From contig OZ024756.1 of assembly GCA_964016885.1 (NCBI GenBank), positions 14,136,001 through 14,200,000 of the forward strand: a stretch of 64,000 nucleotides of DNA. The letters run 5' to 3'. The stretch's first letter is position 1. Each line of letters begins with the position of its first letter. Positions 1-12,937 of this stretch are shown here, in pieces. Made by a program: the position numbers and the translations under genes. The notes beneath the pieces were generated by a model. That model saw only the letters and a program-made list of their open reading frames with translations, made no database searches and had not been told where the DNA came from. Source of the DNA: Eledone cirrhosa (taxonomy: Eukaryota).

Positions 1-640
1 GAGTGATTTAGAAATATAACTAACTTTCTCATTATTAAGCTGGTGTTTGGAACATAACATAACAAAGGTGCTTACATAAAATTATGAGGGAACGTTTTCA
101 AACAAATAGCTTTGTATCACAGAACAAGGGGGGTTTGGAACATAACACAGGTTCTTACATAACGTAAAATTACGAGGGAAGGTTTTTAGATAAATATCAA
201 CACTTAAAAACAAAAGTTTTGTTTCACAGAACAGAGTTGTTTGGAAACTAACTTGAAGATAAATATAAACACTTTAACCCTTTAGTGTTCAAACCGGCCA
301 GAATTCTCTACCTTTTTCTGTTGAAACTGGCTGTAACTGGTCGCTCAAACTGATGTTAAGGTATTGTTCTCAAAATAAATACTTTCAAAATCTCATAGAT
401 TCGATATTATGTGAGATAATTATGTGAGGTAAAGCCTTTACCATGAAAATATAATAGTATATATAGAGTAATGTGAATGCTAAAGGGTTAAAACAAAAGT
501 TTTGTATCGTAGAACAGGATTGTTTGGAACATAACTTAACAAAGGTTCTTACATAAAATTATGAGGAAAGGTTTTTAGATAAATAAACAGATTTGTATGA
601 CAATATGAAGGGCAGTTTCAGGTGGTTTTTGTATGAAAAA
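1..640. repeat. Cluster of degenerate copies of a dispersed MITE-like repeat
   Basis: Recurrent motif TTTGGAACATAAC...CTTACATAAAATTATGAGG...TATCACAGAAC appears about 4 times. Its reverse complement recurs at ~14190-14720. Confidence 0.6.
278..487. mobile_element. piggyBac-type MITE
   Basis: Terminal inverted repeats CCCTTTAG...CTAAAGGG flanked by TTAA on both sides (274-277, 488-491); no ORF. Confidence 0.7.
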
Positions 641-747
641 GATTAGAATAACATTGGACATATGACAATGATGAGTGTTGGCAATACATAGGAATGGTAA
701 TAGTCATTGTAATATTATGGTTAACACTAATAACAAATAATAATAAT

Positions 748-1150
748 AATTGTTTCTACTTTTGGCACAAGGCCAGCAATTATCCTAGTGTATTACTGGT
801 ACTTTATTTTATTGACCCTGTAAGGATGAAAGGCAAAGTTAACCTCGGTGGGATTTGAACTCAGACCACTGACAGTATCAGTAGAGGGTCGGACGCCTTG
901 CTCTGCAGCATAGAGTTACGGCCCTTTATGGTCTGAGTTCAAATCCTGCCGAGGTTGACTTTGCCTTTCATCCTTACAGGGGTCGATAAAATAAAGTACC
1001 AGTAATACACTGGGTATTTGCTGGCCTTGTGCCAAAAGTAGAAACAACAAATAATAATAATAATAATAATAATAATTGTTTCTACTTTTGGCACAAGGCC
1101 AGCAATTACCCAGTTCATTACTGGTACTTTATTTTATCGACCCCGTAAGG
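748..1150. mobile_element. Three copies/fragments of tRNA-derived SINE family B in alternating orientation
   Basis: About 748-868 (-), 869-1050 (+) and 1075-1150 (-) share GAGTTCAAATCC (B-box-like)...CTTTGCCTTTCATCC...GATAAAATAAAGTACCAG...GGCCTTGTGCCAAAAGTAGAAACAA with an (AAT)n tail. Confidence 0.8.
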
Positions 1151-1696
1151 AATCATAATAATTGCTTTTGTTTGTCATTATCAAACTGAACCGTGTGACT
1201 TCAACTAACACTCTCACATTAAATGTGGTTTTCACCTTGTAAATATTTTTATTTATTTATCTAGATGGTAGTGATGATGATGATGATGATGATGACGATG
1301 ACAATGATGGTAGTGATGATGATGGAGATGATGGTGCTAATGTGATGATGAAAATGGCAATGATGCTGAAGCTGAAGGAGTATCGTCATCATCGTCAAAT
1401 GGAACAACCTGTCTAACCCACGCTAGCATGGGTTAGACAGGTTGTCCCATTTGAGGCAAGTCAGGCCGGGTGAGGTGACCGTGCCCTGCTCACAGAACAG
1501 CTTTTGGTTAGATATCTACAGCTGGATGCCCTTCCAAAGTGTGTGCTGGGTGCTTTTTGTTGTGACAACTACACGACCACTTTACAGTATATATATATAT
1601 ATATATATATGTGTGTTGAAGTTTCCGTGGAAAAAGTAAAAGGAATGAAGAGTGCTCTATGTAAGCAACAGAGCTAAATATTTAATGTATAATAAG

Positions 1697-1763
1697 CTCA
1701 TTACCTGAGGTTTCCCCAAACAGGACGAACATAAGGGACGTCCGCATTCGTTCGTCAGATAAG
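1697..1763 (-). ncRNA. Hammerhead ribozyme-like motif with an extra helix, inside a 51-bp-arm fold-back
   Basis: Minus strand reads CUUAU-CUGACGA-ACGAA(loop)UUCGU-CCUGUUUGGG-GAAA-CC(UCA)GG-U-A-AUGAG. Stems I and III pair. Inverted arms at 1697-1747 and 1766-1816. Confidence 0.55.
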
Positions 1764-2606
1764 GCATGCGGACGTCTCTTGCGTTCGTCCTATTCGGGGA
1801 AACCTCGGGTAATGAGGTAATTATACTGTGTTGTTTATTATACATTAAATAAATAAATATATATATATATATATATATATCATCATCAATTAAAGTCCAT
1901 CTTCCATGCTAGCATGGGTTAGACAGGTCCTATTTTGAAGCAAGTTGTGTTGGGTGACCGTGTCTTCCATCATAATCACCGTTTAACCTCCACTTTCCAT
2001 GTTAGCATGGGTTAGACAAATCAGGTCAATTGACTGTGTTTTGCTCATATAGAACTGTCCCTGGCTTGGTTTCTTTGGTTTCTACAGCTGGATGCCCTTC
2101 CCAATGCCAACCACATTTATATATATATATATATATCATCATCATCATCCTCATTTAACATCCACTTAGACCAAGTCAGTAGTGAAGCAGGGCTACTGAC
2201 CTCCCAGACAGGTTAAGGGGTTTGTATATTGCTTATGCACGGTCATAGAGTGCAATATCAAGTGATGATGGTGTTGATGGCATTGGTGGTGATGGATGGT
2301 TGTGATGACATTGGTGGTGATGATGTTGGTGATGATGATGGTGGTAATGGTACCTGTTATGTGCCTAACAGACTGATGTAATTAGTTTACCTGAAGACAC
2401 CTGAAAAGTTTAACTGTGTGTGTGTGTGTGTCCGTGTCCATGTGTCTATGTGTATGCCTAACAGACTGAGGTAATTATAACTAGCACACAAAAGGTCCCC
2501 TCATCCGGTGTTCAATGTTGGTAGGGTTAGAAAGGTCAGAGTCAGGTCATATCTGGAGCTACCACACTCTTTGGCAGAACAATGCAACAATACAAAAGAC
2601 ACTTAC

Positions 2607-2690
2607 CTGTGTGAATGCGAATATGAACTTTAAGGTGACTGCGCTCAACCGTGGAATAATCACACTGGGCACACTTGAATGGTTTCACAC
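2607..2690 (-). CDS. Internal exon of BCL11-related zinc-finger gene (one C2H2 finger)
   Basis: 84-bp exon cag|GTGTGAAA...CACACAG|gtaagt, phase 1/1, encoding (G)VKPFKCAQCDYSTVERSHLKVHIRIHT(G). It joins in frame to the exon ending ...SKHT-G at 12614. Confidence 0.92.
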
Positions 2691-3012
2691 CTGTTCATGG
2701 AGTTATAAGAGAAATATATATATATAACTAAAAATAGTTTTATTGTTCTACATGGCTGAATACAAGAAAGTATCTTCTGGCATATAAACAGAACGGCAGG
2801 CACTAATGTTTATGGGTGATTACCCTTCATCAGTACCATATATGCCAACTGTCAGAGCTAGTGAAAATATATGATATTTTCTGGAATATAGTGACTGATC
2901 AAGGTCATTCTACTCACATGGCTTAAAGAAGCTGTTTGCATAATTGCAAACGAATCAAATATTATTATTAATATTCGAAAACTCAGATTTGTATTTATAT
3001 ATATATATGTGT

Positions 3013-3360
3013 GGAGGCACGTGGCTTAGTGGTTAGAGCATTGGCCTTACAATCGAAAGGTTGTGAGTTCAATTCCCAGACCGGGTGATGTGTTGTGTCC
3101 TTGAGCAAGACACTTTATTTCACATTGCTCCAGTTTACTCAGCTGTAGAAATGAGATGATAGGACTAGGGTCCATATCATTCCACTACAAAGTGTTTGTG
3201 GAGGTGCCACGGCAAAAAAGCACCCAGCACTCACTGTAAATGAGGTTGGTGTTAGGAAGGGCATCCAGCTGTAGAAATCAAGCCAGAATCAGTTCCTGTC
3301 CCACCCTTGCAAGCAGGGAAAAAGCGGACGTAAAATGAAATGATGATGATGATGATGATG
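3013..3360 (+). mobile_element. tRNA-derived SINE family A (tRNA head, CORE-like middle, RTE-like tail)
   Basis: A box TGGCTTAGTGG, B box GAGTTCAATTC, middle TGTCCTTGAGCAAGACACTT, tail CCCACCCTTGCAAGCAGGG...CGGACGTAAAATG(ATG)n. Confidence 0.85.
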
Positions 3361-3423
3361 AAATAATTAAATATTAAATTAGTCTCTAACACTGAAACAT
3401 CTCAATGAATGGATAAAATATCA

Positions 3424-5584
3424 ATCATCATCATCGTTTAATGTCTATCTTTCACGCTAGCATGGGTTTAGACAGGAATTGTCCCACGTGAGGCAAGATT
3501 GGTTGTCTTGCTCATATAGGACTATCTGGCAGGTTTTCTACGGCTGGATTCCCTTCCTAACACCAACCACGTTTACAGTGTGGACTGGGAGGTTCTTACC
3601 GTGTTACCTTCACAACCACATTACAGCGTGGACTGTGTTTTTTTGTCGTGAAACCTACATGACCTCATTAGTTTGGACTGGATGTTGTGGGGGTGTATAT
3701 TTGGTTAAGAGGTGCCTACTGACTGTAGGTTTCACTTTGTACATAGGCAAGGCAGGTCTTCTGTATTACTGCGTGGCATCAAAGATCTCGGTCCAATGAC
3801 ATTATCTTAGAGAGGTGCAAATGTGTAAGATCGGAATTTATCAATTTGTCCCAGGTTTTTCTGAGTCTACCTACTCCGTAACTTCCATCAACTTTGATCA
3901 CCCTGCACTTTTTTATACACTTGTCATCTTTCATGTGCATCACATCACCATACCAGCATAGTTTTCTCTCAAGTAAACAGCATCTGATCCCTCTTATTCC
4001 TAATTTCTCACTTAGTTCATTTATGTTTTGCTGCTCACGTATATTACTATTACACATCAAACGGAGCATGCATGCTTCGTTCCTTTCCAGTCTGCGCAGG
4101 TCCTCTGCACACAATGCCCATGTCTCACTACCATGTAACATAGCTGTTCGTATACAAGCATCATACAATCTGCCTTTCATTTTTAGAGAGAGAAACCTTT
4201 TGTGGCCAACAGTGGTATAAGCTCTCTGAACTTTTTCGATCGCGTTCTGACTCTGGCTACTGTACTTTCAGAGCACCCTCCACCACTGCTGATTTTGTCA
4301 CCCAGGTAACGGAAAGTCTCCACTATTTCTATAGAACCATCTGGGCAATAGAAGGAGCTAGTATCCTGTGGGCACTTGCTACTTATTGCACCTGAGCATC
4401 GGCCACATATAAAATCTACGTTCTTAGATAATTTACCTGTGATCACACTACATCTTTTATGTACCCATAGTTTGCATTGGGGATATAAAATGGAATTTCT
4501 ACCTACTCCTTTCCTACACACTGAGCATAGCTATTTCCCAGAGGGCACCTGGGCCCTATTTTCCTTTCTACATACTAGAACTTTAGTCTTAGACAAGTTA
4601 ACTTTAAGGCCTTTTGATCCTAGGCGATGCTTCCATGTTTGGAATTTCTTCTCTAGTTCAGCCATAGATTCAGCTATGAGAGTTAGATCATCTGCGTATA
4701 GGGGTTCCCATGGGTAGCCGGTCTTAAACTCCTCTGTTATAGCCTGAAGGGCAATAATAAACAGGAGGGGACTAAGGACAGAGCCTTGATGTACACCAAC
4801 TTTTACACTAAATTCTTCACTATATTCATTGTTAATTCTAACCTTACTGTCTGTTTCTTTATACATGGCTTGTATAGCTCTCACAAGCCATTCATCTACT
4901 CCTAGTTTTCTAAGAGCCCACCAGATAATAGAGCGGGGGACTCTGTCAAAGGCTTTCTCCGGGTCTACAAAAGCTAAGTAGAGGGGTTTACTTTTAGCTA
5001 GGTACTTCTGTAGTTGTTGTACAAGGAAAAGTGTGTCTGTGGCACTTTTACCTGACACAAACCCAAACTGCATTTCATCTAGATCAATTCGCTCTCTGAT
5101 TAGTTGCGCTATAACTCTTTCTGTGACCTTCATGACCTGGTCAACTAACTTAATACCTCTATAGTTTCCCCTATCTAGAGCATCCCCTTTACTCTTGTAG
5201 CAGTTAATGATGCTGCTATGCCAGTTTTTTGGTATGACCCCATTCTATATTACTTGGTTTACTATCCGGGTGACCATAGTATGTCCCACCATTCCAGATG
5301 CCTTCAACATCTCAGCAACTATCTCTGAAGGCCCAGCTGCCTTGCCTGTCATCATATCTTTGACTGCCTTACTTATTATACTACTTTTAACTTGCACCGC
5401 TGGTCTTTCTATTGGATCGATGTGGGGCAGACTATCTTTTTCACATTTATTCTCCTCATTTAGTAGTCTCTCGTAGTGATACTTCCAAGCTACTTTCTTA
5501 TCAGTATCAGTGAGGGCAAGTACACCAGCATCATTACGGACACACTTCTCCCCGACAATAACACGGTTTTCCTTGACACATTGT
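3424..5584 (-). mobile_element. 5'-truncated decayed RTE-clade LINE (RT, PHD-like finger, 3' tail)
   Basis: ORFs 4531-5133 (FVDPEKAFDRV, GVHQGSVLSPLLF, LYADDL), 4183-4521 and 3779-4180 (LHGSETW); frameshifts and stops; (GAT)n tail at ~3424. Confidence 0.9.
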
Positions 5585-8500
5585 TCCTTGTATTCCGCCT
5601 ATACTGTCTGTATAAATTCATCAATTATTCTTCGCCATCTATTGTAGACTTCGAGATTTTTCTACTTTCACTTTACATCATTTTATATATCCATTGCATA
5701 TACCTACATGTTTGTTTCTTGCATTCCATCTATAATGTCCGTATAAATTCATCAAAAATTTTCTTTGCTGCCTCACCTAGACTTACTTATCTATCTCACA
5801 TTTTCCCCTCTCCTCAATCCCAACATACCACCATGGACTTATTGACCAATCAAACCACAGCATACCTTCATCCAATACCCGCGGCAACAAATGCTACTGC
5901 TCGTTATCTTTCTTAACCATTCTCTTCTCGAGAAATCTCTGTCTATCGTTGTCTATGGATGAGCTGAAGTTGAACAAGTTGGAATGAATCAGAACCCACA
6001 CGTATCCAGGCGACCATGCAAATCCTTAATTCAGATACAGACACACCCCCTACTCCACAAAAACCTCCCCTCCCCTATTGACATCAAACTCCCAAAATTC
6101 TGAAAAGGCATCATCAACGTGAGCACAATGAAAGGAAGAATGGGAGAAATTATAGAGATGTTGGAGCGAAAGGAAATTGACGTATGTTGTGCGCAAGAGA
6201 CTAGATGGAGGGAGGGTCTGCTAGGCTCCTCGTTCGTAAAAAACAGTGCTACAAATTTTTCTGGGTGGGAAATAACAACAGGTTGAGTGGTGTAGGTATA
6301 CTATTAGCTGACAAATGGGTAGATAAGGTAATCTCAGTGAACAGGGTGAACGCGAGAATCATTAAACTCAGACTAGTCCTAAATAAAACAATAGCTACAA
6401 TTATATCCACTTACGCACCCCAATCTGGGTTGCCAGACAAACTTAAGGATAGGTTTTACGAGTCCCTAATGCACACTACCACTCTAACAAATGACAATGA
6501 CTTCCTACTCATTGTAGGAGATTTTAACAGACACATTGGGAAACACCGCGACGGCTTCTACAAAGTCCATGGAGGCTACAGGTTTGGCAAAAGAAATGAA
6601 GAAGGTTACAGGCTTCTAGATTTATGCAACGCCAATGACCTGTTAATATGTAACACTAACTTAAAAAAACCCGACAACCATCTGATCACCTATAGATCCG
6701 GGGAACTTACTAGCCAGATAGATTTTATCCTTACCAGAGAATGAGATAGATGGATGGTTGTAAACATGAAATCCTTCTCGGGCGAGGACTGTACCTCCCA
6801 ACACAGCCTAGTAGTCAGCGACCTCACTGTCAGAGCTAGACGAACTTTGAAATAAAAGGCAACCTGGAGAAGAAAGATCTGGAAGCTGAAAGATCCCTCA
6901 GCCAGTAACAAATTCAGAGATATTTTACTTGATGCATATGACAGTATAGAAGAACAGATAGAGACATTCAATGTACAAGAGGACTGGGAGTTCCTAAAAA
7001 ACAACCTACTAAAAGCGGTAGACGAGACCTATGGTTGGAGCAAGACTACAGAGAGAAGGAGAGTGACTTGGTGGTGGGACAATAAGGCTAAGAGACAAGA
7101 ATAGAAACAATAGAAGAATGGGGTGAGCAGGGTACATTACATAGAGACCAGGAGGGAAGCGGAGGATAACAAATTCAAGCATGTTTTGCAGCGCGAGGAC
7201 CAGAAACAGGAGATGTTTAGGATTGCGAGGCAGTGTGTCAGAGAAAATTGCAATGTCACTGGTGAGAAGTGTGTCTGGGATGATAAAGGTGCAGTTGCCC
7301 TCACAAGTGCCGAGAAGAAAGAAGCATGGAAGAGGCATTATGAAAGATTATTGAATGAATGAAGAGAATGCATGGGAGAAAGAGACCATACCCCAAGTGG
7401 ACCTCATTGAGGGCCCAGCAGTACAAGTCAGCAGCAGTGTAGTAAGTAAGGCAATTAAGGATATGGAAACTGGTAAAGCAGCTGATCCATCAGGCTGAGA
7501 TGCTGAAAGCATCTGGGTCAGTGGGTCATACCATAACCACACAAATTGTTAACCAGGTAATACTAGAGGGTGTCATACCAAATGATTGGTGCAGCAGTAT
7601 CATTGTCAACTGCTACAAGGGTAAAGGAGATGCACTAGATAGAGGAAACTATAGAGGTATAAAACTGATGGACCAGGTAATGAAAGTAACAGAAAGAGTC
7701 ATAGCACAGTTGATTAGGGACAGAGTAAATCTAGATGAGATGCAGTTTAGATTTGTGCACCACTGATGCCCTCTTTCTTGTGAGACAGTTACAGGAAAAG
7801 TACCTAGCTAAAAGTAAGCCTCTCTACCTGGCATTTGTTGATCTGGAGAATGCTTTCGACAGAGTGTTCCGTGACATAATATGGTGGGCTCTCAGCAAAC
7901 TGGTAGATGAGTGGCTTGTGAAGGCTGTACAAGCCAGGTATAGAGGAGCAGTGAGCAAAGTCAGGATTAACAAGGAATTTAGTGTACAAGTTGGCGTCCA
8001 CCAGGTCCATGTTCTTAGCCCGCTCCTGTTTATTATCGTATTGCAGGCTATAACGGAGGAGTTTAAGACTGGCTGCCCATGGGAACTAGAGAAGAAATTC
8101 AAAACATGAAAGCAAGGCCTAGAAAGAAGGGGTCTTAAAGTCAACCTGACAAAGAGTAAGGTCCTAGTAAGTAGAAGAGAAAACATAACCTAGATCCCCT
8201 CAGGGAAATGGCCTTGCTCAGTATGTAGGAAACATGTAGGTAGGAACTCCATCCTCTGCCCCAAATGCAAACAATGGTTATACAAGAGATGTAGTGGGAT
8301 CTCAGGAAGCTTAACTAAGAATGTAGGCTTTACATGTAGCAGTTGTACTGGAACAGTAAGCAGCAAGCACTACCAAATTCTGGGAGGGCTCTGTAGAAAC
8401 AGTAGACAGCTTCTGCTACTTAGGTGACTGAATTAGCAGCGGAGGTGGGTGTTCTGAAAGTACAGTAGTAAGAACAGGATGGAGGAAGTTCAGGGAGCTA

Positions 8501-9183
8501 CTACCACCACTGCTGGCTACAAAAGGCTTTTCCCTCAGAATGAAAGGCAGACTGTATGATTCGTGCCTACGTACAGCAATGTTACATAGTAGTGAGACCT
8601 GGGCGCTGTCTGTAGAAGATTTGCGTAGATTGGAAAGAAATGAAGCCTGCATGCTCCGATGGATGTGTAATAGTAACATGCGAGAACGGCGAAGCATAAA
8701 TGAACTGAGAGAGAAACTAGGCAAATGTTGTACGCAGGAGAGTAGATTGCTTTGGTATTGACATGTGTTGCGTATGAAGGAAGACAGCTGCATAAAAAGG
8801 TGCAGAGCGTTCAAAGTCGTTGGAAATCTTGGAGTGGGGAGACCCAGGAAGACTTGGGATGAGGTGATAAAAGCCGGCCATGCCCAATTGGACCTCTCAA
8901 AGGAGATGACACATGGCCGGGACCTCTGGCGATATGCAGTAATACAGAAGACCCGACCTCCCATGAGCACAAGCTGAAGCATATCTACAGTATGCTCCCC
9001 AGCCCACACTGTGAAGTGGACGTGTAAAAGACACGGCAAAAAGCACCCAGCCCACACTGTCAATGTGGTTGGCTTTAGGAAGGGCAGTCGTAGAAAACCG
9101 ACACAACTTGCCTCTAAATGGGACCTGACTAACCCATGCTAGCTTGGAAGATGGACGTTAATCGATGATGGTGATGATGATGA
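5585..9183 (+). mobile_element. Near full-length decayed RTE-clade LINE (APE endonuclease + RT)
   Basis: APE motifs (YAPQSG, GDFN, QIDFIL; 6205-6744), RT fragments 7500-8109, C-terminal fragments 8540-8977 and a (GAT)n tail. Many stops and frameshifts. The 5' boundary is approximate. Confidence 0.9.
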
Positions 9184-9282
9184 ATGTCACCAGAAAATAT
9201 ATACGCTGTCACCATATATATATATATATATATACACTGTCACCAGATATATATACACTGCCACCAGATATATATATACACT

Positions 9283-10278
9283 GTAGGATTCACATGCAGC
9301 AGCTGTGCTGAAACAGCAAGCAAACAGCCACAGGAAACAAGTACCACCAATCTCTGGGAGGGCCCTGTAGAAACAGTAGACAGCTTCTGCTACCTAGGTG
9401 ACCGAATTAGCAACGGAGGTGGGTGCTCAGAAAGTACAATAACTAGGGTAAGAACGGGATGGAAGAAGTTTAGGGAACTACTACCACTGCTAGCTGCAAA
9501 AGGCTTCTCCCTCAGAATGAAAGGCAGACTGTATGATGCGTGTATCCGAACAGCGATGTTGCATGGTAGTGAGACCTGGGCGCTGAAGGTGGAAGACTTA
9601 CGTAGATTAGAGAGAAACGAAGCCTGCATGCTCCGATGGATGTGTAACAGTAATATACGTGAACGACAAAGCATAAATGAATTGAGAGAGAGACTGAGCA
9701 TAAGAGGAATCAAATGCTGCGTGCAGGAGAGGCGGTTACGCTGGTATGGACATGTGATGCGTATGAAGGATGACAGCTGCATAAAAAGGTGCAGAGCACT
9801 AGAAGTTGATGGAAACCGCGGAGTGGGGAGACCCAAGATGACTTGGGATGAGGTGATAAGAGCCGACCTTACCCAACTACACCTCTCAAAGTCAATGACA
9901 CACGACCGTGACTTCTGGCGTCACGCAGTAATACAGGGTACCCGACCTCCCATGGGTACATGCTGAAGCATATAAACAATATGCCCCCCCCCCCCCCCCC
10001 CCCCCCCACCGCAAGGTGGTCGTGGAGGTGCCACGGCAAAAAAGCACCCAGCCCACACTGTAAAGTGGACGTGTAGGCGCCACGAAAAAGCACCCAGCAC
10101 TCACTGTAAATGAGGTTGGTGTTAGGAAGGGCATCCAGCTGTAGAAATCAAGCCAGATCAGTTCCTGTATGAGCAAGGCATGGTCAGCCGACCAGACACT
10201 GCCCACAACAGGACAACCCGTCTAACCCATGCTAGCGTGGAAGAACGGACGTAAAACGGTGATGATGATGATGATGAT
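9283..10278 (+). mobile_element. 3' fragment of RTE-clade LINE with intact reading frame
   Basis: ORF to 9966 (FCYLGD...GWKKFRELLPLL...LHGSETW...LRWYGHVMRM), then 3' UTR and (GAT)n tail. Confidence 0.9.
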
Positions 10279-11190
10279 GTCACCACATATATATATATAT
10301 ACACTGTCACCAGATATATATACACTGTCACCAGATATATATATACACTGTCACCAGATATATATACACTGTCACCAGATATATATATACACTGCCACCA
10401 GATATATATACACTGTCACCAGATATATATATACACTGTCACCAGATATATATATATACACTGTCACCAGTTATATATATATATATATATACACTGTCAC
10501 CAGTTATATATATATATATATACACTGCCACCAGAGATATATATACACTGTCACCACATATATATATACACTGTCACCAGATATATACACTGTCACCAGA
10601 TATATATATACACTGTCACCAGATATATATATACACTGTCACCAGATATATATACACTGCCACCAGATATATATATACACTGCCACCAGATATATATATA
10701 CACTGTCACCATATATATATATACACTGTCACCATATATATATATACACTGTCACCATATATATATATATATACACTGTCACCAGATATATATACACTGT
10801 CACCATATATATATATACACTGTCACCAGATATATATATACACTGTCACCAGATATATATATATATACACTGTCACCAGATATATATACACTGTCACCAG
10901 ATATATATATACACTGCCACCAGATATATATATACACTGCCACCAGATATATATATACACTGTCACCAGATATATATATACACTGTCACCAGATATATAT
11001 ATACACTGCCACCAGATATATATACACTGTCACCAGATATATATACACACCGTCACCAGATATATATATATACACTGTCACCAGTTATATATATATATAC
11101 ACACTGTCACCAGATATATATATACACTGTCACCAGATATATATATATACACTGTCACCAGATATATATATGTACACTGTCACCATATAT
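10279..11190. repeat. Minisatellite CACTG(T/C)CACCAG + variable (AT)n
   Basis: Roughly 40 tandem units of a constant 12-bp core separated by (AT)n of variable length. The 341-aa ORF here is an artefact of the repeat. Confidence 0.9.
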
Positions 11191-11531
11191 ATCATCATCA
11201 TCATTTCATTTTATGCCCGCTTTTCCCTGCTTGCAAGGGTGGGACGGGAACTGATTCTGGCTTGATTTCTACAGCTGGATGCCCTTCCTAACACCAACCT
11301 CATTTACAGTGAGTGCTGGGTGCTTTTTTGCCGTGGCACCTCCACGATCACTTTGCAGTGGAATGATAGGGACCCCAGTCCCTATCATCTCATTTCTACA
11401 GCTGAGTAAACTGGAGCAATGTGAAATTAAGTGTCTTGCTCAAGGAAACCACACATCACCCGGTCTGAGAATTGAACTCACAACCTTTCGATTGCAAGGC
11501 CAATGCTCTAACCACTAAGCCATGTGCCTCC
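11190..11531 (-). mobile_element. SINE family A
   Basis: Near-identical reverse complement of 3013-3360. Confidence 0.9.
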
Positions 11532-12096
11532 ATTTTATACTATTTGTCAACCTTGAATTATATATATGGTGTAATTTTGTATATCTTTGGATGCCAATAT
11601 ATTATAATATTGTTATTATAATGTTTTTATATTGTTTATGCACACTGACAGGGAATTATATATTATACTTTATTTTTATCTTTATCTTTATCTTTATCAT
11701 ATTATACTGTAAACAATATATATATATATATATATTTAAATACTTAATAAGTGTTAGTTTGTGTTTGTACTAATGTTTATATGTATAGATATATATATAT
11801 ATACATATATTAAGCTTTTTATTATCACCATATATTATATTCTATATCGTACTGTAATTCTCGCATTATATTACCATTTGTGTTTCAAGTTTTTGCATTA
11901 TATAATATTTACAATGTGGGTTCAACATGTTAATCACTTCCTTGCTATTTGGTCTATATCTATGTTTGTAACTGCTCACTCTTAATCTTAGCCTACTTTT
12001 CCTTGATATCCTTCCTAGGCTTTAATAGATGTATACTCCATATTCTTCTGAGTTTTTGTCTTGTATTGGCCGATAGTGCTTCTTGTAGCTTTACTT

Positions 12097-12134
12097 GCCC
12101 TGATGAGTCCTTAATAGGACGAAACATTGTTGGC
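12097..12134 (+). ncRNA. Minimal type I hammerhead ribozyme (Penelope pLTR-like)
   Basis: GCC-CUGAUGA-GUCCU(UAAU)AGGAC-GAAA-C(AUU)G-U-U-GGC: canonical core, 5-bp stem II, 3-bp stem I. Followed by AATAAA and later (TA)n. Confidence 0.75.
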
Positions 12135-12285
12135 TAATAAAGACTTTTGATGTATTGAAGGCTTCTTTGGTTTATTTTTTATAATAACTTCGGCTCTGTT
12201 TAATTACATTGAGCTATATCTTATACTGTCATTTCTATAATATGAAGAGGGTTCTTTAACTCCAACACACTCTAGTATTTTAATT

Positions 12286-12333
<48 letters not shown>

Positions 12334-12613
12334 ACCACCAGATATATATACACTACTCTCATGTAGCTATTCCACTATTTTGTTATTGTGGACGTCATTG
12401 GTGTTGTTAGTATTGTTGTTGTTTGTGTTATTAGTATTGTTATTGTTGTTGTTGTTGTTGTAGCTGGTGATGTTGTTGTCATTTGATATTATTGTTGTTG
12501 ATAATGCTGCTGGTATTATTGTCGTTTTTGATGTTGGTGTCGATGTTGTTATTGTTGTTGTCGATGTTGATGAAAGCAAATATAAAACAAAAGAAACAAA
12601 CAATTTAATTTAC

Positions 12614-12894
12614 CTGTGTGTTTGCTGAGATGTTTTTTCAGGTGAATTCTCTGATTAAATGCATGGTCACATTGATCACATTTGAAAGGCCGTGACGTGG
12701 GGTACTTGCGTTTGCGGGCACGTTGGTCTAGACTAAGTTGGTTTTCCTTAGCCTGTTGAAGGTTACTGTTGTCCAGTTTCGGTGACCCAGAACGTGCTGT
12801 TAGTGGACGGTTATGAGATAAAGTTCGCTGACTAATTGGAATCTCGGACTGTTTTGCCCGTTTGTCAGAAGTTGGTGATTTGATGAGAAGTGGA

Positions 12895-12937
<43 letters not shown>

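Noticed and set aside
3013-3085. tRNA genes (A/B boxes here and at 37432 and 37792)
   Set aside because: These are SINE heads that continue into the SINE body and LINE-like tail; no complete cloverleaf is evident.
5585-9183. Active autonomous LINE
   Set aside because: Multiple stops and frameshifts, and the YADD segment is deleted in this copy.
10279-11190. 341-aa ORF, or a repeat-spacer array
   Set aside because: Spacers are only (AT)n length variants, and the ORF is a by-product of a stop-free minisatellite.
11279-11518. Recurrent 79-aa ORF MPFLTPTSF... (also at 35221, 37805, 40245)
   Set aside because: Antisense reading of SINE family A; recurrence reflects copy identity, not coding constraint.
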